Made by a program: the position numbers and the translations under genes. The notes beneath the pieces are model-generated. The model was not told the origin of the DNA. It saw only the letters and a program-made list of their open reading frames with translations, and made no database searches. A stretch of 64,000 nt of DNA from Balanoglossus misakiensis (taxonomy: Eukaryota; Animalia; Hemichordata). Positions 13,870 to 27,210 of the stretch are shown in pieces. The DNA lies in contig CM082598.2 in NCBI GenBank assembly GCA_040954595.2, positions 6,587,097 to 6,651,096 on the forward strand, written 5' to 3'. Position 1 is the stretch's first letter. The number at the start of each line of letters is the position of its first letter.

Positions 13870-15748
13870 TTAAGCTTGGACCTACTATCCCTATGTATAG
13901 CTGAGTGCCAATTACTGTTAGCAACAATGATATCTTGCGATGATTTTTGAGTTAAGCAAGATGTCACTCAAAGGAGTGGGTGTGGCCATGGTATTGTGAT
14001 GTTATACGCACATTTATCAAAGATATCGCTTTGGTCTAAAAATACAATTTGTTCAGACACGTTCTTGTCTCACTTAAAAGTCTCTGCGTTCTGATGATAG
14101 CAAGAGGCGAAGGTACGATTAGAGTTTATTTTGGCCAGAGTGAAAGGTACCTGTGTTCTCTCTGATAATTTAACCCCAAGGCTGGTATAGATTCCCATCT
14201 TAAGGATGTACGTGCAGAACATAAACTTGTAAACTGCACAAATTAGTATGTATTTGTCTTGTCCCGTAAATGATTACATTGAGAATCGCTAGAAAAAATC
14301 ACTTCTACTATTGTCATTTTCACGAAATTATACACATAGTCAGTCAAGTAAAAATAAATTCATTGGTCAAATAAAATCCTGTGATCACCGTGCTCTATTT
14401 AGAGATAAACTTTGGTAAATGTTTTGCCCATAGACAAACCATTGGTGAAAAATGCTGACTCATTCACAGTCTTGTATTTCAAAAACAGGGGCGGTGAAAC
14501 CTATATGTTATCGCACATTTTTAATGCTTATAATTTAAGGATAAACCAAAAATCTACAATTAAAAGAAATGACAATACCTTCTATTTTACTGATCGTACA
14601 TCCTTGACAAAATTTCTCAAAGAATGTTTGGTAACAGGCTTTCAGCATTTTTGCCATTGTCAACGTTTTGCCATCTCTAAAGATCCTGAAAAAATAGTTT
14701 TGAATGGAGTGCCCTGGGAAACCTCTTACAATTTTGTGTGTTTATCTGTGTGATACCATGAGGCGATCGATAATATGGTCAGGGCATTATGGCCAAAGGG
14801 GACCGTACCTGTCCTTTCTGATAAGGGCTACATCACAAACAAAGAGACAATTGGTTATCGTTATCTACATTTGACTGCATGGGCCAATTACATTTTCAAG
14901 CTGTTAACAATCCCAACATGAAAATTTAGCATTCAAGGCTTTTAAATGAAATTAAGATGAAGAGAACTTAACTTACCCTAGGAGATAGGTGCCTTTAATC
15001 AGAATTTTGGGTAAGGAAGGTTTGAGAAGTCTATTCTATGTAAAAATGGTGCTGATTCCAAGTCAGTCTTATTGACCAGTCTTATTGACCCCACTCAAGA
15101 CAAAATTGCCATTTTGGCCATTTTTAACCCAAAAAAGGTCATTTTTAGAAAACACTAAAAACACTCTGTTTTCGTCACATTTTGAGATCTGATGACATAT
15201 ATGTTTATTCTATGTAAAATTTGGTGAATATTACGAAAAAAATCAGTCCGATTGACCCGAAACAACACAAAATTGCCTTTTTGACCATTTTTTTTTGCCC
15301 CATAAACGTCATTTTTAGAAAAAAAAATAAAACACACGGTTTTCTTCATAATGATTTATCTGGTGATATATGGAACGTCAATGTTAAAAGTGGTGACTAT
15401 AAATGATAAACCAGTCTTCTTGACCTCAGTCAATACAAAAATGCCATTTTTGGCCACTTTTTGAGGTCAAAAAAGGTTATTTAAAAAATAAATAAAAACA
15501 AGTTGTTTTCTTCATATTCCGAGATCATTTGATATATGAAATGTTCATTCTATGTAAAAAAAATGGGGCTGATTCCAGAAATAGCAGTCTTATTGACCCT
15601 ACTCAAGAAAAAAATGCCATTTTTGCCACTTTTTGCCCCAAAACGTCATTTTTAGAAAACAATCAAAACTTGTATATTTTCTTCACTTTCGTAGATCTGA
15701 TAATGTATTATATACCCACCCTATGTAAAAGTTGGTGACTCTCCAAAA

Positions 15749-17772
15749 CAATTATATATAATCTCCCAGTATTTCGAACGAGTATTACGTCAGCGACTGA
15801 CGAGTGACTCCTCCATAGCGGCCGTATCCCTCCGAGCCGATAGGCGAGGAGGGATACAGCTATGGAGGAGTCAAGAGGCTCAGCTCAGCTGATTCAGCTC
15901 ATTCATAAATTTTGTGTGAGACAACGGAACATTCATGCAAGTCGAACAGAACAGAACAGAACACTATTAAATTGTCAACTAGTTTTGAAATGCAATGTTT
16001 CACAACAAATACAACAGTCACGAAATCAAACAGTCATCTCAATCCTGTGAACTATCGCTGGTATCGTAGATTACGGCTCGACGTTTACACGTTCGCGGCG
16101 CTGGCTGACTCGCGGTCCCAGCAACATTGATGGCTACGTTGATCGTACACCCGGTCATGGTGGCCCCAGAAAACATTCCCGCAGCTGCAGCCGCTACGAT
16201 ACCTCCGTCCGATGATGTAGACTGGAAGGGAGACGCTGCGACAGACGTGAGTTGGTGGGGATGGCTGTTTACAGAGCTTGGTAGGGCAAAAGAGCGTGAG
16301 GTGTGAGTGACATCTTCAGTTGGAAGGGCGGGCCGTGTGACAGGTACCAGCTCGGTTTGCGGTTTGTCCTTGACGAGGATGTCAGACATTCGCTCTTGTT
16401 GGGAGAGTGAGTTTACAGCATACGAGTTGATCGACTGGACATTTCTGTGCCCTGAAAGCTGCATTATTTGTGTGGGGGCAACACCACTATCGTGCAACTT
16501 TTGGATGGCTGTTTTCCTGGCGCTGTGGTTTGTTTTACGACCTGGAATGCCTGCTTTTGTCGCCATGGTCTGCACTATGCTTTCCAGTTTATTCTTTCCC
16601 ATGGGTTGTCGCTTGTACCACATGTTGGTTATCGGGTTGTAATTAATGGCAAGGTAAAGACGGGATTCGGGCATACATAGCTCTGGTGGTCGATGAGAGC
16701 GGTATGCCTTGTATGACTCGATCGGACAGATAGCTTTATCGGTTACGGCAAACATCTTTGGACAATACGGGCGAACGAAACTTGCGTGTTGACCGGAGCG
16801 TGTTTTGTTGTCGCGCTCGTTAAATTCGAGATATTCCCGACCCGCTGCCGTTTCTTTTAGCTGGATGTCTCCCCAGAGCAGTTTCTTGTTCTCATCGGAG
16901 GCCCGGAATCCTAACAATTTTGTGTTGTTCCACCAAACCGTATACAGAAGTGACTCGGGACTATGATTTCCAAGGACACCCTTCTCACGCATGATGTTGA
17001 TTTCATCGTCGGTCAGTGGTTCCGCCGCACGGGATTTATTTCCTTTCCCCTTGCCCTTTAATTCGCATCTTTTGGCTCGCAGGGCTTATTGCGATTTAGT
17101 GAAATTTTTATCCCTGCAAATGGAATATCTATATCCATTCTCCTTTAAATACCTGTCGATCCCACGCTGGTATGTTGTGAGAGTGTCCGGCTCGTAGTCA
17201 GACCCGTCGCTCTGCCTCGACCCGACGAAAAATTTCGACAGGCAGACGTCCAGAATTTCAGGCGGAATTTCATATATATCTGTCGCTAAACCATCTTCTG
17301 TCTCCTCTCTAAATTTCCTAAGTTGTTTCACTGCGTTTGTGGTCGATTTTACAGTGTTCTGCTTTCTTTGGCTCGTTATAAAATCGTCAATGTCGTTCGA
17401 CGACATAGCTATGTACCGCTCTGTCGCTGACATCTTCGATCGAACAAAATTTTTGAAGCGCAGACGACAGTCGCCAAAAATTTCCCGCCACAGTTTCAAT
17501 ACATCGAGCAAACTAATAAAACATCATTAAACGATATTTCACATGTGCTTTATTATTTGTAACCCCATATTTCCCAAACTTCAAAGCCCATCCACTATAG
17601 TATTACGCAATATAACATCGTAGGATAGATTTTTTATTTGTTTACAAACTGGAAGTAGTTCCGGCAGAATTATTGGCAGTGACATCATACTACGGTAATA
17701 TGCAATCTGTCGATTTCTTATTACTTTAGTATAACGTCACATTCTGGTAATAACCGGGTCTATGAATGTAAT
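15749..17772 (-). mobile_element. Crypton (tyrosine-recombinase DNA transposon), about 2.0 kb
   Basis: Boundaries come from the uninterrupted opposite arm of the host element (CCAAAA|AAGCAG). It has a single YR gene, no long TIRs and a subterminal hairpin at 15805-15873. Confidence 0.88.
16039..17433 (-). pseudogene. Crypton tyrosine recombinase (DUF3504-like family), 464 codons with one in-frame stop
   Basis: ORFs 17086-17511 and 16039-16992 are in the same frame, joined across TAA at 17086-17088 (KSQ*ALRAKRCELKGKGKGNKSRAAEPLTDDE). YR catalytic motifs are present: GFR, KTRSG, TNHSARKT, SGHRN and INSY. The N-terminal part contains G.DYEPDTL. Confidence 0.9.
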
Positions 17773-18064
17773 AAGCAGATTTATTGACCAAACATAATGC
17801 AAAAATGCCTTTTTGCCAAGTTTTTGCCCAAAAAGGCCATTTTTAGAAAAAAGTTAAAAACAAACTTTTCTTCATAAAGCTCAGAGATCATGTGATATAT
17901 GAAATGTTCATTCTATGTAAAAATGGTGCTGATTCCAGAAATAGCAGTCTTATTGACCCTACTCAAGACAAAATTGCCCTTTTTGACACTTTTTGCACCA
18001 AAACGTCTTTTCTAGAAAACACTCAAAACTTGTATATTTTCTTCACTTTCGGAGATCTGATAAT

Positions 18065-18521
18065 ATGAGGTTATTACGAAAATACCGCAAAGTATGCATG
18101 AGGACATTAGCGCCAAGTATCGCCCGACGCGTAGCGGAGGGCGATGCGCTGCGCTAATGTCCGAGTGCATACTTTGCGGTATTTTCGTAATAACCTTATT
18201 ATTATACATCTTACATCTCCGATAGTTCTTGTTTTGCATGTTACTTGGCTTTCAAAACGCCCAAAATGCCGATACAATCGATCGAAAACCGCTCAGTGAG
18301 CAGCCATCTTTCTTTTTTGTTTACGTACGTGCGCGTGCGTTGGAGTGGGGGTGTCTTGAAACCGTCCGCATAACAACGCATACCTGTACACGGTGAGTTG
18401 GGGCGCCTTGAAACCTAAAACTTATTTAACGTGCGATCCGTACGTACCGTTCCGTACGGCTTTTTATTGCACGCCAAAATCTATTGTTCTCGGCACTAGA
18501 TGTATAATAATATATAATAAT
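18065..18521. mobile_element. Hairpin-ended non-autonomous Crypton-like element
   Basis: Flanked by ATAAT direct repeats (18060-18064 and 18517-18521). The empty site is in the opposite arm near 20390-20410. It has a hairpin at 18068-18196 and a second IR pair TTATTATACATCT / AGATGTATAATAA. Confidence 0.75.
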
Positions 18522-19379
18522 GTATAATATGCCCACTGTATGTGAAAAAAATTCCAAAAAAGCAGTTTTATTAATGCCACTCAAGATAAAAGCGCCTTTT
18601 GGCCCAAAAGCGTCATTTCTAGAAATCTCTCAAAACGTATATATTTTTTTCACTTTCGGAGATCTGATAATGTATTATATGCCCACTGTATGTGAAAAAT
18701 TTCCAAAAAAAGCAGTTTTATTGATGCCACTCAAGATAAAGGCGCCTTTTGGCCAAAAAGTGTCATTTCTAGAAAACACTAAAAAATATGCCATTTTCTT
18801 CCCATTGGTGATCTAATAATAAATAAAAGTCTATTCTATCTTGAAAGTAGTGACATTAAAAAAACACTCTTACTGACCCCACAGAGGGAAAAAGTACCAT
18901 TTTGGCCTCTTTGCTCAAAAAGGTAACTGTTAGAAAAAATAAAAACAAACTTGTTTCTTCATATTCAGAGCTGTTGTGATGTATGGAAATTCCGTTGTTT
19001 TTTGCAAAAAATATGCTGATACCAGCACAACGGTCTTATTGAGACACCCCGCTCAGTACAAAATTGCCATTTAGCCATCTTTTGGTCAAAAATAGTCATG
19101 TTTTGCCTTTTGAGTTCTGATGTTGTATATGCATATTTCATACGTCATAACCATAATTTATAATATCAATTAAATTGATGATATTGAAAGACAGAGTTCC
19201 CACAATTTGGCACATTTAGCCCAAAACTGAACTCAACAATAAGACGATCCATGTATACACACTGTGTACTATAAGTCGATTATGCGTGGTGTGAAATATT
19301 TATGTTCAGATATGCCAGCTCGGGAGGGATTGTCGAAATTTATTCTCTTCAATCTGAATACAAAATCAGAAATTATATT

Positions 19380-19695
19380 TAAGCAATAAAACACCCCCAG
19401 CCATGGTATATCACGAGATTTTGACCAGTTCACGACATATACGCACGAGCGATAGCGAGTGCGTATATGGAGTTGAACTGGTCAAAATCGAGTGGTATAC
19501 CATGGCTGGGGGTGTTTTATTGCTATTATATTATGCCAGTATATTGAAACTTTGCATAAAACATTTTAAAAAAGGCATTTTCTTTAACTATGATATATGA
19601 CTGTGGTATATGGCTAATATATCACGGTCACGTGTCGTGTCTCGACCAATCAAATAGCGTGATTTACACCATCAATATACTGGTATAATATAATA
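19380..19695. mobile_element. Hairpin-ended non-autonomous Crypton-like element
   Basis: Hairpin GCAATAAAACACCCCCAGCCATGGTATA...TATACCATGGCTGGGGGTGTTTTATTGC at 19383-19523, then the IR pair CCAGTATATTGA / TCAATATACTGG. Confidence 0.7.
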
Positions 19696-22600
19696 TAATT
19701 TATATCATGATACCTCCGTCATACCAAATAAATATAATAAAAACACTTAAATTCCTTGACGTTTTAATTTGGAACTGCTCTATGGGAATATTTGGGCAAT
19801 GTGCAATGCCTGTCTTTTGTCATCTGTATCATGTTTAGAGCTTGGTCCCGGGCGACGTGTTTACATTCATCGACGCGAGTTTTGTTCAATTCGTAACTTC
19901 TTTTTCTCTTGACGCTGTTTCATCATCATTATGAGTTCAACGATGGCTAATTTTGCAAAAACTCCAAATACAAACATTTTTTCGGTACAAAATGGCTAAA
20001 AGGATAAATTTTTGTTGAGTAGATCTATTTATGGCTACAAATAGCCAAAAAGGCAAAATTGACTAGAGTGGGGCCAACCAGACTGCCGTTTTTGGAATAG
20101 TCACCAAATTTTACACAGAATGGACTTTTCATACATGATCAGATCTCTGAATATGAAGAAAACAATTTGTCTTTAGTTTGTTTGTTTTTAATGAACATTT
20201 TTGACCCAAAAAAGTGGCCGAAATGACAATTTTCTATTGAATAGGGTAAGTAAGACTTCCGTTTTTTGGAACAGTAACCACATTCCAATATAAAATAGGC
20301 TTTTACTTATAATAACATCACCGATCACTTAAAACTAACAATTTTGTGAAAATGACACTTTTTTGGGAAATTTTTCACATACAGTGGGCATATAATACAT
20401 TATCAGGTCTCCGAAAGTGAAGAAAATATAAACGTTTTGAGTGTTTTTGGGCAAAAAGTGTCAAAAATGGTAATTTTGTCTTGAGTAGGGTCAATTAGAC
20501 TGCTATTTCTGGAATCAGCACCAGTTTTGACATAGAATGAACATTTCATATATCACATGATCTCTGAGCTTTATGAAGAAAAGTTTGTTTTTAATTTTTT
20601 TCTAAAAATGGCCTTTTTGGGCAAAAAATTTCCAAAAAGGCATTGTTGCATTGTGTTGGGTCAATAAAACTGCTTTTTTGGAATAATCACCAAATTATAC
20701 ATAGGGTGGGCATATAATACATTATCAAATCTCCGAAAGTGAAGAAAAACACAAGTTTTGATTGTTTTCTACAAATGACGTTTTTGGGCAAAAGTGGCAA
20801 AAATGGCATTTTTTACTTGAGTAGGGTCAATTAGACTGCTATTTCTGGAATCAGCACCATTTTTTTACTGAACATTTCATATATCAAATGATTTCTGAAT
20901 ATGAAGAAAACAATTTGTTTTTAGTGTTTTTTTTGTAAAACTGACCTTTGTTGACCTCAAAAAGTGGCCAAAAATGGCATTTTTGTATTGACTGAGGTCA
21001 AAAAGACTGCTTTATTTTTTATAGTCACCACTTTTAACATTGACTTTCGATATCTCACCAGAAAAATCATTATGAAGAAAACCGTGTGTTTTAATTTTTT
21101 TTCTAAAAATGACGTTTTTTTTGGGCAAAAATGGTCTAAAAGGCAATTTTGTGTTGTTTTGGGTCAATCGGACTACTTTTTTCGTGATATTAACCAAATT
21201 TTACATATAATAAACATATATGTCATCAGATCTCAGAATGTGACGAAAACAGTGTGTTTTTAGTGTTTTCTATAAGTCACCTTTTTGGGTTAAAAATAGC
21301 CAAAATGACAATTCTGTCTTGAGTGGGTCAATAAGACTGGCTTTTTTGGAATCAGCACCATTTTTACGTAGAATAGACTTCTCAAACCTTCCTTACCAAA
21401 AATTCTATCTCCTGGACTAACTGTCCCTGCATGCACCTATGCAAGTATGAAGGACACTATTATTTCTGTGTCTATATACAGACATTTGATGTGGGACAAC
21501 AAATGGGACAAGTTGGCGAAGTGTGTTGTTGATTTTCAATCGCACCATGAAGCCTATTTGAACCTAATTTGCATAAATGTCGGAGGGGGTCGTTCTGGCA
21601 CTTTGACTCACTTTTACCCCCATTTTTTTCGTCTTTTTGTAAAGAATAATGATTTTTTCCTGGTCGAACCGAAGGATTGATTACGGTAATGATTCATCTA
21701 GGCCTGTATGTGATCATGCACTATCTTAGTCTAGTATCTAGCCATCAACTTTGCTTCCAAAACTAACATCTAGGTCAGGCTTGCCACTAGTCTGGCCCAA
21801 TAAAACCTGATAGCCCTTGCTGGAAGTTGTGATTGTGCCTGGGGAGTGATAACTGCTGACAGTCTAAAGTTTGGGTTCCTGGGAAGGGTACTAATTGCTC
21901 TGACTGACTTGATAACTCTACAATTAATGTGGATTAATTAAATCTTGACAGAATGAAGAAGGCACAATTATAAAGTCAAGTTTGGCCTACAAAACTTCAG
22001 TTATGTGTTCCACTATTTATGAAAAAAAAAATAACTTGACATTGCATTAGTAAAGTTTAAAGTAGTCATTTCTATCTATTAATGTCTCCAAAAGCTAACA
22101 TGAAAACATGGAATGAGAATTGTGTAATATTAATAATTCCATTGACATCGGCCGGCACGGGTGAAGATACTACCATCCCTGTCAAATTAAATAAAACATT
22201 GCTAATGCTTTACACAGCAGACTCAATGGCACAATTATAAAACAGAACAGAAACAAAAAAATATTGCATGAAAAATGCAATCAAACAAATTGATCGGCAC
22301 AATTACCCGTATATGCACAGTGTTCATTGCTAGATGCACTGCTCACAATGGATATATTTTATTTGCGTGCTCACAAAGTTTCTTTGCGTGCAGTCAAATA
22401 CACACAGCACTGAACCTCAAAAGTTGTCACAAGTAAACAATAATATTTAATGCAAACAATTATGGAATAATCACATGTAATTCATTTGTACTTTTTTTGG
22501 TGTTGATTTGAAATCCAGTCAGTATCTCATATTCTGTTCCACATAGAAACAAACTGTCAGCCTCATTTACCATAAAGCTCCAGTGTATGTACATGTATTT

Positions 22601-22794
22601 GTCCCACCATGAACGACGTCCATAATCGCGCGTATCTCTTCTTGTACGTGGAAGCGATTAGTTCCACTTTGGACAGGTACGGTCCCATTTGACTGCATGG
22701 GCGAATGAAATTTCCAAGCTGTTTCCAATCCCAACATGAAAATTCAGCATCTATATTCAAGTGTATTGTGACCTAAATGGGATATTGGCAATTA

Positions 22795-23330
22795 TACTAT
22801 ATCATGCTACATCCGCCATTCTGATTGGACGAGAGCGATGGTCAAATACTGTTTTACCACTGCTGGCACTGGTAAAACGGGCCCTTGAACTAGCATGCAG
22901 CAGGGAAAATGTGCGGTTAAACCACAGTCGCACGGGATTAAACCAAATAAATAACATAAAAACAATTGAATTTACGAACGTTTTATTTTGGAACTGCTCT
23001 GCTCTGAATATTTTGCACTTTTAACACTTTTTGTCGCCTGCTTCATGTTTAATGCTCGATCCCGGGCCGCTCGTGTTTACATTCATCGTCGCCATGTTGG
23101 TTCACGATCGTAACTTCTTTTTCTGACGCTGTTTCGTTAAGAAAATGACACTGATATGCCACAAAATCAATTGTTGATATAATATAATAGCAATAACCCC
23201 CGCCGCAGGCGGGTATACACTCGATTTGGGTACCATTCGCTCCGTATAGCTCTCGCCTGACGGCTCGTGCTATATGTCTCGAATTGTACCAAAATCTTGT
23301 GTATACCCGCCTGCGGCGGTGGTTATTGCT
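22795..23330 (-). mobile_element. Hairpin-ended Crypton-like element, family D (reverse orientation)
   Basis: Reverse-complement homolog of 36633-37215, with a hairpin at about 23190-23330. It replaces about 15 bp of backbone. Confidence 0.8.
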
Positions 23331-24542
23331 TTATAGCTTTATAGTTCATCCCCGCAATTTCTCTAATATAATCCAATGAACTGTTTGGGTGCTGTCATAC
23401 AGTATTATAGTAGAGTCAAACAGGGTAACTGAAGAGATATTTCTGTAGATAGATATAGTCCATTTTGACCCAGTTCTATCAAACAAAGAGGATTGCTGGA
23501 CAGACTCGAAAACCGCCTTTGCTGTTTTGGCCAGGTTTTGCATACTACTATAAACTGTGCAAAGTTGTTTCTGTTCAGCTCAGGTCTTCAGTGCCCCAGC
23601 TCACATAGATGAGGTGCCTTCGTGCCTGGGGAGTGATGAGTGCTGATAGTCTAAAAGCTTGGGTTCCGGGAATGTGGGCTAATTGCTCTGATTGACTCGA
23701 TAACTCTACAATTAATGTGGATTAATTAAATCTTGACAGAATGAAGAAGGCACAATTATGAAGTTAAGTTTGGCTCACAAAACTTAAGTTATGTGTTTCA
23801 CTAATATGAAAAAAAATAATTAACTTGACATTGCATTAGTAAAGTTTAAAGAAGTCATTTCTATCACATGAATGTCTCCAAAAGCTAACATGAAAACATG
23901 CAATGAGAATTGTGTAGTATTTATAATTCCATTGACATCGAGCGGCACGGGTGAATATGCTCCTATCCCTGCCAAAGGAAATAAACCATTGCTAATGTTT
24001 TACACAGCAGACTAAATGGCAGGTTTGAAGGACACAATTATAAAAAAGAACAGAAACAAAAAAAATTGAATGGACAATCATACAAATTGATCGGCACAAT
24101 TATTGGTATATGCACAGTGTTCATTGCTAGATGCACTGCTCACAATGGATACATTAAATATGCGTGTTCACAAAGTTTCTTTGCGTGCAGTCAAATACAC
24201 ACAGCACTGAACCGTTGTCATTTTCTGCAACAATTAAACCATCATTATATGTAATTCATTTGTACTTTCAATTTCCTTGATGTTGATTTGAAATGCAGTC
24301 AGTATCTCATTTTCTGTAAAGCTCCAGTCTATGTACATGTATTAGTCCTGCCATGAAGAACGTCCATAATCGCACGCATTTCTTCTTGTACGTGGAAGCG
24401 ATTATTTCCACTTTGGGCGTACCACCCATGGTTGTTTTGTCGATGTCGCCGTTCGATACTGCACAGAAAAAAACAAATCAACATGAATCGTTAAAGTTTA
24501 AGCTTGGGCCTACTATCCCTACGTATAGCTGAGTGCTAATTA

Positions 24543-25603
24543 GGGAGCATTCGTTTTTTACAGGGAGGGGGGGGCCGGTGGAAATCAGGGGGGGGTTTAC
24601 TTTTACAAAGCAGTTTTTAGGGGGGGACAAATTTTATAATCAAGGGATTATAGGGACTGAAAGGGGGGACTTGAAAACTTTGACGGCTAAATATTTATTT
24701 TGAGTCCACAAAAATGCAGTTTCGCGTCCTTTATTTTACAAAATTTTCTTACGTGGGAGGGGGACACCCCCTCCCACACCCACCCCCTCCATTCATCAAC
24801 ACCTTTCAACCATTGACTGGTTTATCTAGTGTACCAGGTCAGGGGACTTGCCACCACCCCATGATAACTTTGAGTGGCGACGTTAATTTGCTTTTGCTGG
24901 GTTCATTAAAATGCAGCTTTCAGCTCTGTATTTTATAAAATTTTCTTACGTCGTGGGAGGGGGACACCCCCTCCCAAACCCACCCCCTTCAATTCTCGGT
25001 TTACAATGTCTCCCAACACAGAATACAAATACTTAAAAAATAAAAACAATGTTCAGTAGACATGTACATGAACAGACATAAATTGACAACAGAGAAAAAG
25101 ATGCTGAAAAAAGACAAACTGAAAATAGTTGAAGCGCACATTGGCCGGAAACTGTGTCAAACAACTCTGGAAAGTCTCAGAGTAAACCATGAGAGGGACA
25201 AAGAGGAGGATGAGCAGGAGGATGAAGAGGATTACTTGGATGAGAACAGTGAACCAGAAGATGAACATGTAGTGATAGGTGAACTAGGTGATTCAGCGGA
25301 AAGTGACTCAGAAAGTGATAGCGGCGACACTGAAAATGAACTCTTTCACGTAACAAGATCAGGCAGACAATGCACTACTTGGAAATCAAGGAACTAGGTT
25401 TCATGGTTGATTATGTGGTATGTCGAACATACACCAATATCTGACAAAGTTTGATAAGTTTAATCCGGTGGATAAACTTTTTTTTTGGGGGGGGGGGGGG
25501 TCACATTTTAGAAAAGTAATTTCCAGGGGGGGTTGCCTTTTACATTTAGTCGGCGACTCAAATTCCACCGGCCCCCCCCTCCCTGTAAAAAACGAATGCT
25601 CCC
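24543..25603. mobile_element. 1061-bp non-autonomous DNA transposon with TTA TSD (Zator- or PIF/Harbinger-like)
   Basis: TTA|GGGAGCATTCGTTTTTTACAGGGAGGGG..CCGGTGGAA...TTCCACCGGCCCC..TCCCTGTAAAAAACGAATGCTCCC|TTA. The empty site CAATTACTGTTAGC is present in other copies. Confidence 0.9.
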
Positions 25604-27210
25604 TTACTGTTAGCAACAATGTTATTTTGCGATGATTTTTGAGTTAAGCAAGATGTCACTCAAAGGAGTGGGTGTGGCCATGGTGTTGTGACGTTCTTGT
25701 CTCACTTAAAAAGTCTCTGCGTTTGGATGATACCAAGAGGCCACGGTACGATCGGGGTATTTATGGCCAGAGTTGAAGATACCTGTGTTCTCTCTGATAT
25801 AAATTTTCCCCCGAAGTTGCTGTAGACTCCCCTCTTAAGGATGTACGTAACAGAACGTAAAAATGTAAACTGTGCATATTAGTATGTGTTTGTCTTTTCC
25901 TGTAAATGATTACATTGAGAATCGCTACAAAAACTCACTTCTACTATTGCCATTTTCACAAAATTATACAGTCAGTCAAGTAAAAAATTATTCATTGGTC
26001 AAATAAAATCGTGTGGTCACCGCGCTCTATTTTGAGATAAACTTTGTTAAATGTTTTGCCCATAGACGAATACCATTGGTGAGAAATGCTGACTCATTCA
26101 CAGCCTTGTATTTCAAAAACAAGCGCGGTAAAACCTATATTTATCACATATTTTTTTAATGCTCACAATTTAAGGAGAAACCAAAAATGTACAATTAAAA
26201 GAAATGACAATACTTTCAATTTTACTGATCGTACATCCTTAATACGATTTCTCAAAGAATGTTTGGTAACAGGCTTTCAGCATCTTTGCCATTGTCAAGG
26301 TTTTGCCATCTCTAAAGATCATGAAAAAACTAATTTTGAATGGAGTACCCTCGGAAACCACTTAAAATGTTGTGTGTTTATCTGTGTGATACGATGAGGC
26401 GATCGATGATATGGTCAGGGCATTATGGCCAAAGGGGACCGTACCTGTCCTTTCTGATAAGGGCTACATCACAAACAGCTCGAGAAAATTGTTTTTCGTT
26501 ATCTACATTTGACTGCATGGGCGAATCAAATGTCCAATCCCAACATGAAAATATAGCATCTATATTCAAGTGTATTTTGACCTAAATTGGATATTGGCAA
26601 TTAAATAGGACTAAGAGTTTATAGGTTTATAGTTCATCCGCGAGATTTCTCCAATATAATCCAATAAATTGATTGGGTGCTGTCATACAGTATTATAGTC
26701 ATTTACAACCAAACCAGTTCTAAAACTCAAATTCAAGATTGTTTACAATGTTTGTTGCTAATGAACTTTGACCGCAAGTTGACACATGTAGTAAATCAGT
26801 GAAGACAATCTGACCAAAAATTAATTTTCATTGCCTCATCCAGTCCATCCCTATGAAGCCTGCTTGTCCATATACCTGAGCATAGCCATATTTTGAAGCA
26901 ACAAGTTATAGAGTCAAACAGGGTAACTAAAGAGATATTTCTGTAGTTAGATGTAGTCCATCTTGACCTAGTTCTATCAAACAAAGAAGCTTGCTTGACA
27001 GACTTGAAAACCGCCTTTGCTGTTTTGGCCAAGTTTTACGTACTACTAAAGAGTGCAAAGTTGTTTTTGTTCTGCTCGCGTCTTCGGTGCCCCAGCTCAC
27101 ATAGATGAGGTGCCTTCGTGCCTGGGGAGTGATGATTGCTGATTGTCTAAAGCTTGGGCTCCAGGAATGTGGGCTAATTCATCTGATTGACTCGATAAGT
27201 GTACAATTAA

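Larger units (their letters stand above)
14981..21412. mobile_element. Foldback-type DNA element with about 1.5-kb imperfect TIRs built from ~170-bp subrepeats, with nested insertions
   Basis: The left end GGAGATAG..AGAATTTTGGGTAAGGAAGGTTTGAGAAGTCTATTC is the reverse complement of 21370-21412. Arm homology continues inward (15664-15722 vs 20700-20760). It interrupts backbone AAGAGAATTTAACTGTCCC. No transposase ORF and no clean TSD. Confidence 0.85.

Noticed and set aside
14975-14990. Sola3 or Academ assignment and a TSD for the foldback element
   Set aside because: Long TIRs and GAG/YAG-like ends are suggestive, but the flanks (CTAG vs CTGG plus extra bases) give no clean TSD.
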